Under the pieces are notes generated by a model. It had not been told where the DNA came from. It made no database searches and saw only the letters and a list, made by a program, of their open reading frames with translations. Shown here in pieces: positions 59,614-64,000 of a stretch of 64,000 bases of DNA (position 1 is its first letter; every line of letters begins with the position of its first letter). The stretch is taken from NCBI GenBank assembly GCA_004022145.1, contig RCNU01000004.1. One strand, given 5' to 3'. This DNA comes from Paecilomyces variotii. Lineage: Eukaryota. A program made the position numbers and the translations under genes.

Positions 59614-62518
59614 CGCACAGATTGAAATGCAGCCTTCCTACGCTCCACTGGCGGATTACAACTGCACTTCAAACTACCACGGAGGCGAACTCGCGGCGGA
59701 GGGGAACCGTTCACGCGTGTCATTCTTCAAGCAAACCGCTGGATCAGATGCGGACTCAGCTCGGGAGCTACAGTAGTTAGCTACTATGGACTAGATATAG
59801 CTTAACTGGGAGCGAGCACCGTGCGCAATGTGGCCAAGAGTGCCAGATTCCATCCGATGCCTTCTTCGGCATCGCGGTGGACCCCGGCAGCGAGGACGTA
59901 TGGTCGAGACTGTGTGGGAATTGATTGATTACTACCAATACAGACATCACCAGCCAACCCTCGATGGCCGATCTGGAGGACAGTGTGGTCAGGGCTCTGA
60001 AAGGGACTGCCAGCAGTGCCGCCCTCCAATGCTCCGAGCTTTTGTTTCCAACAAGAGTATATGAGGCTGTGAATACAAGGTGCCAGCATATCCCACACCC
60101 GTTTCAGTCAAACAAACAGATAAAGAGCATCGAAATTGCCTCTATGGGACGGACTCTTAGGATCAACTCGAGGGGATCGGCTGGTGGATCGTATCTGGAT
60201 CCCCCTGCAAGTGGGCCATTCTGAGGTCATTCGAGACGGCTTCCACAGTCATTATTATTCGTGAGACCAGCCCTCTATCTGGCAGGGCACAGCATGGGAG
60301 CCGAGTAAATCCCTTTTTTGACGGCTATGGTGGTATCTAGCCTAGACTCGCGGAAGATGACGGCTGATCTTCCGGAATCGCTGGGCGGGGTATAGGCAAG
60401 GCACGCAGCTCCAAAAGGATGATCAGACGCATCCCAGCAGCTTGGATACCTCTACTGAAAGAGGAACATCTCAGGGTTGGAATCGACTTTAGTGTCATGG
60501 GGCTCATACAGATGATCCTGAAACGCCAGGATCGTGCCAGCATGTGTCCTTACAACGAAATAAGCTTGACAATGATAATGCTATTAATGGAGCAACTAGC
60601 TTCTAGGGATGCCATCGCTCAAGGAGGTGCGCACGGAGGTTGGTGAGTGTCTGGCAGAGAAGATCAAGTACACGCGCAGGGAACTCTGGCGATCCCGCAC
60701 GCAAACCACCGCCACTGAAGTTTGAACGGTGACGTCCGGAGGCGATGCGGATCAACTATTACTAGGAATTAATCTCCAGAGTTCATCATAGCCAATCTTG
60801 CATTAGTGCTGACGACAATACAAACCGAGAACCGCCGCTGGTGAAGCGAGGACTCGATGCCCCCGATCTTCCTACACTTGCATATCAGTCGTCCCATCCC
60901 ATCATAGGAAAGGGACTTGGCGAAGGGAAGCAAACAGATAATATTCCTCATTTCAGATCAGGCTTCTCGCCAGCATGGGACGATTGGACTGTTGTTTGCT
61001 TCCTCGTGCATATTGAAGCGATCTGGATGAGGATCTTCAGATCCCAGCGGTTTTGGTTCATGTACGGGACTTTGTACATATGTCCCGCGTCTAGCTATCA
61101 GCAACCGCGAGATCACTACGAGTACTGCCAGGCTATCAGAGGTAGCAACCAGGTTATCGGTACTGTTGGCCATAAAGCAACACAAGAAGCTTCAATAGAC
61201 AATCAAACCACTTCGTGTTCTGATTCACGAGGTGTGCAGCTGTGTGGTTCCGGACACCAGGCGCTCAATAAGGAAATATGTCTGTCAAGAGTCGCCTTCA
61301 TAACGATGGAAAGGGAAACGATTTTCTCCATCCCGACCGGAAAAACGACCAGGGGCTCTCGTAAAGCAAACGAAGCCGCGCTCCTCCTTTCCTCGCCATT
61401 ATTATTGCGCCTCGTGTGTACTAACAGTGGCTGGTGCTATGCGCATAGCTCACTACAGTAATAACTAGCTTGCTAGCTGCTCGAACTTTGTACTCGAGAA
61501 GAAAGAAATCGCCAGCCGAGCCTCCTTTCTAGTGCACTGCTCCCTGTATCGGGCGGTGTCATTCCCATTGTTTAACCTGGCAGCGATCAAACAACCGTCT
61601 GGAGCAAATAATTATAAAAAGAAAGGTGAAAAAGATGGAGGAAAACCCCTCCCCCCACCAGAAACGCCTGTCAAAGAAAATCGACTCTGGTCAAGTCGTC
61701 CCTCCTGGCCCAGCAGATCCAGTCTCACGGGCCGATCGGTGTATTATGGGGATAGAGAGCACTTCCAGCCCACATTGCTTGCTGAGGTCTAAACCCCCCT
61801 GTCTCCAGCCCTAAACGAGTCCGCGTCGTCCAAGACGCCACCAACAATCAACACCGGCGTGCATCCGCGTGGCTATGGATCAGCCAAACATTAACAAGGG
61901 CCGAATGCAATGCAGTTCGGTAATCTACTAAGCATATTAACTAGAGTAGCCGGACAACATCCTGGAGTCGATCACGTCCGAGTCCGCTGCCCCTGTCCAT
62001 CAAACAACAAGGGACCGACTGCAGCGGTCCAGAAGGGGCTATTTCTCGAGAAAAAGGACAACAAGACAAGACAAGACAAAAAAAAAGAAAAAACAGAAAA
62101 TAACGAACGCCGTTATCCGTGCGGTTCGTCTCCTTTTCTCTTCCACGGGCCATGGGTTCACGGGTCAGGCGTTAGCAACAGCTATGCATCATTCTATGTA
62201 TGGTCGTCGCAAGGGAGGGGAAGAAGCAGCAAAAGCACCAGAAGCAGATCCACACGCGCGCGCCCCCGCTCCAGCTAGACGATGAACCCAGCCTATTATT
62301 ATGATCAGATATATGCATCCTTCCCATTTCGAGTGTGCTGTGATGGAATATACTTGCAGTAGCAGCTATATACTATGGCTTATTCCATCTGCACCATATT
62401 CCATTCTTCGATCAGATCAGCGAAAAACAAACAAGGTCTAAGGGAGACAAAGGAGCTTTCTCAATGAACGAATCAGCCGTCTCCGGAGAGAGCGACCAAC
62501 CTAATCCAGGAAGAATAG

Positions 62519-62542
<24 letters not shown>
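62519..62542. repeat. (TA)n microsatellite
   Basis: About 12 TA units read directly. Confidence 0.9.
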
Positions 62543-62549
<7 letters not shown>

Positions 62550-63157
62550 AGCTAACATAGTTTCGCCGACATCAAACTCCTGGGAATAGATGACACCCGA
62601 ATTCCGCGGCAGGGCTTTTTCTTCTTGACCATGTAATCATCATCTCTTTGAGACGGATCTCACTTAGCTCTTGGAGAAGGCGACGGATATACGGCCATAT
62701 CGGCTGTAATATTAATACCGCAGGGTAAGTTCACCCTAGGAAAATAGGGTCTGTTCAGTTGGAAAACTCGAGGAGGTGCAGAACGAAGAGTAGTCTTTCG
62801 CCTGAACTTTCTTTCTTTCTTTCTTTTTTTTTCCTGATCCCTCCCTGTTCTCTGGTAATCATACCATACCCTGAACATATTCTTGATATGTTAGAACTTT
62901 CGAACCAACAATGACGGACAGAGAGCGTGAGAGAGAGAGGTAGGAAAGAACAACTCCCCCAGGATAGATACGACAACAAGACACGACAAAGAAAGGAAAG
63001 AGTAATGACCAGGTATGTATATTCTCTTTGTTTCTTTCTTTCCTTCATTTCATTTCAGAATGCTCAATAAACGTCGATAGTGGCTATCCCTTCCTTGTAC
63101 CACCCACCCACCTAGTCATAACTCTCTTCTAACCTCGGTAAAATCCCAAAAAAAATA

Positions 63158-63179
63158 CAGAGAGAGAGAGAGAGAGAGA
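63158..63179. repeat. (AG)n microsatellite
   Basis: About 11 AG units read directly. Confidence 0.9.
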
Positions 63180-64000
63180 TAGAGCTTACGAATACATAGT
63201 ATCATTACAGTCTAGATAGGCCAAGAACACTTATCGTATCAACCTACTCTATTCTCGAGTCTAGAGTCGTTGGCCCAGACCAGAGGATTGGTACCATACA
63301 CCCCCCCCTCCCGAAGTTCTGTCTTTCTAAAGCGGATCGAGATTCGAGACTTAACCTACTTTCGTCCCGATTCTGGCGTCAGAGATAATATCATCCCGTC
63401 TTCTCCATCGCCCTAGGATAAACATAACATAGACAAAAGAAAGAAGAACCAAAAAGAAGGTTTCTGGTTTCTTTTACTATCGACTAAGTATCTAGCACTC
63501 GTCTCACGGGAAGAGGCTGCTTCCGGTTCGATGGTATGCAAATAAAATAATAATGCAAGATAGAGTGGACGCTAATGGCAATGACGTTGGAGTTTGAGGG
63601 TCCTTCCTGTTATTTATTAATTGATATGGATGTCAACTATTGTTTTAATAGTGGGGGGGTAAATGTTACTAGGGGAGATGATTTAATTGAAGAGATAAAG
63701 AAATTAGGGATGTCTAGTAGATTACGTATAAGATGTTCAATTCTATAATCGGAGAGAGAGAAAGAGAATCTGGAAAGAGTCCTTATATATGATATCGATC
63801 GAGGATTCAAAGATGATGAAGAATGCACTCAACGATTGATCATGTGCAGAGATATTCGAGCTGCGGATAGAGGCTCAGGTCTACTTTTCTTTTTTTTTCC
63901 AAGAACAATAGGCTAATCTAGATGAATTTATATGATCTTCAAAAAATAAGGAAGAAATATAGAAAGAAATATAGTTACCGACATCTTCATGGAGAGTTAC

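Noticed and set aside
59925..61461. ORFs 59925-60224 and 60841-61461 as genes
   Set aside because: Non-ATG starts, no domain motifs, no coding-like composition and no splice structure linking them.

Overview
Eukaryotic, intron-containing DNA from a filamentous ascomycete, most consistent with Eurotiales (Aspergillus/Paecilomyces/Penicillium-like); the species cannot be fixed from the sequence. A conserved housekeeping block (PDX1, FUN14-like, ORC2, ARG7, SEC61, importin-13-like, aminopeptidase P, SEC8, expansin-like, CBF1-like bHLH, NTA1, SAC3, DUF2841 protein) is interrupted by two accessory regions. (1) About 9.9-15.3 kb holds a bZIP-DUF3425 regulator, an aldo-keto reductase and a broken trypsin-like serine protease relic joined to a DUF3716-like Cys-rich fragment. 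(2) 28912-41572 is an extremely AT-rich, RIP-mutated three-element transposon nest: a 1.87 kb Fot1/pogo DNA transposon (45 bp TIRs, TA target site duplication, TSD) into which a ~520 bp long-TIR MITE and a 10.25 kb Ty3/Gypsy LTR element inserted within about 40 bp of each other. The Gypsy element carries an unexplained ~3.3 kb coding-like region between pol and the 3' LTR. The last ~6.5 kb has no recognisable gene. No rRNA, tRNA or CRISPR was seen. All family calls come from motif recognition by eye; no database searches were run.
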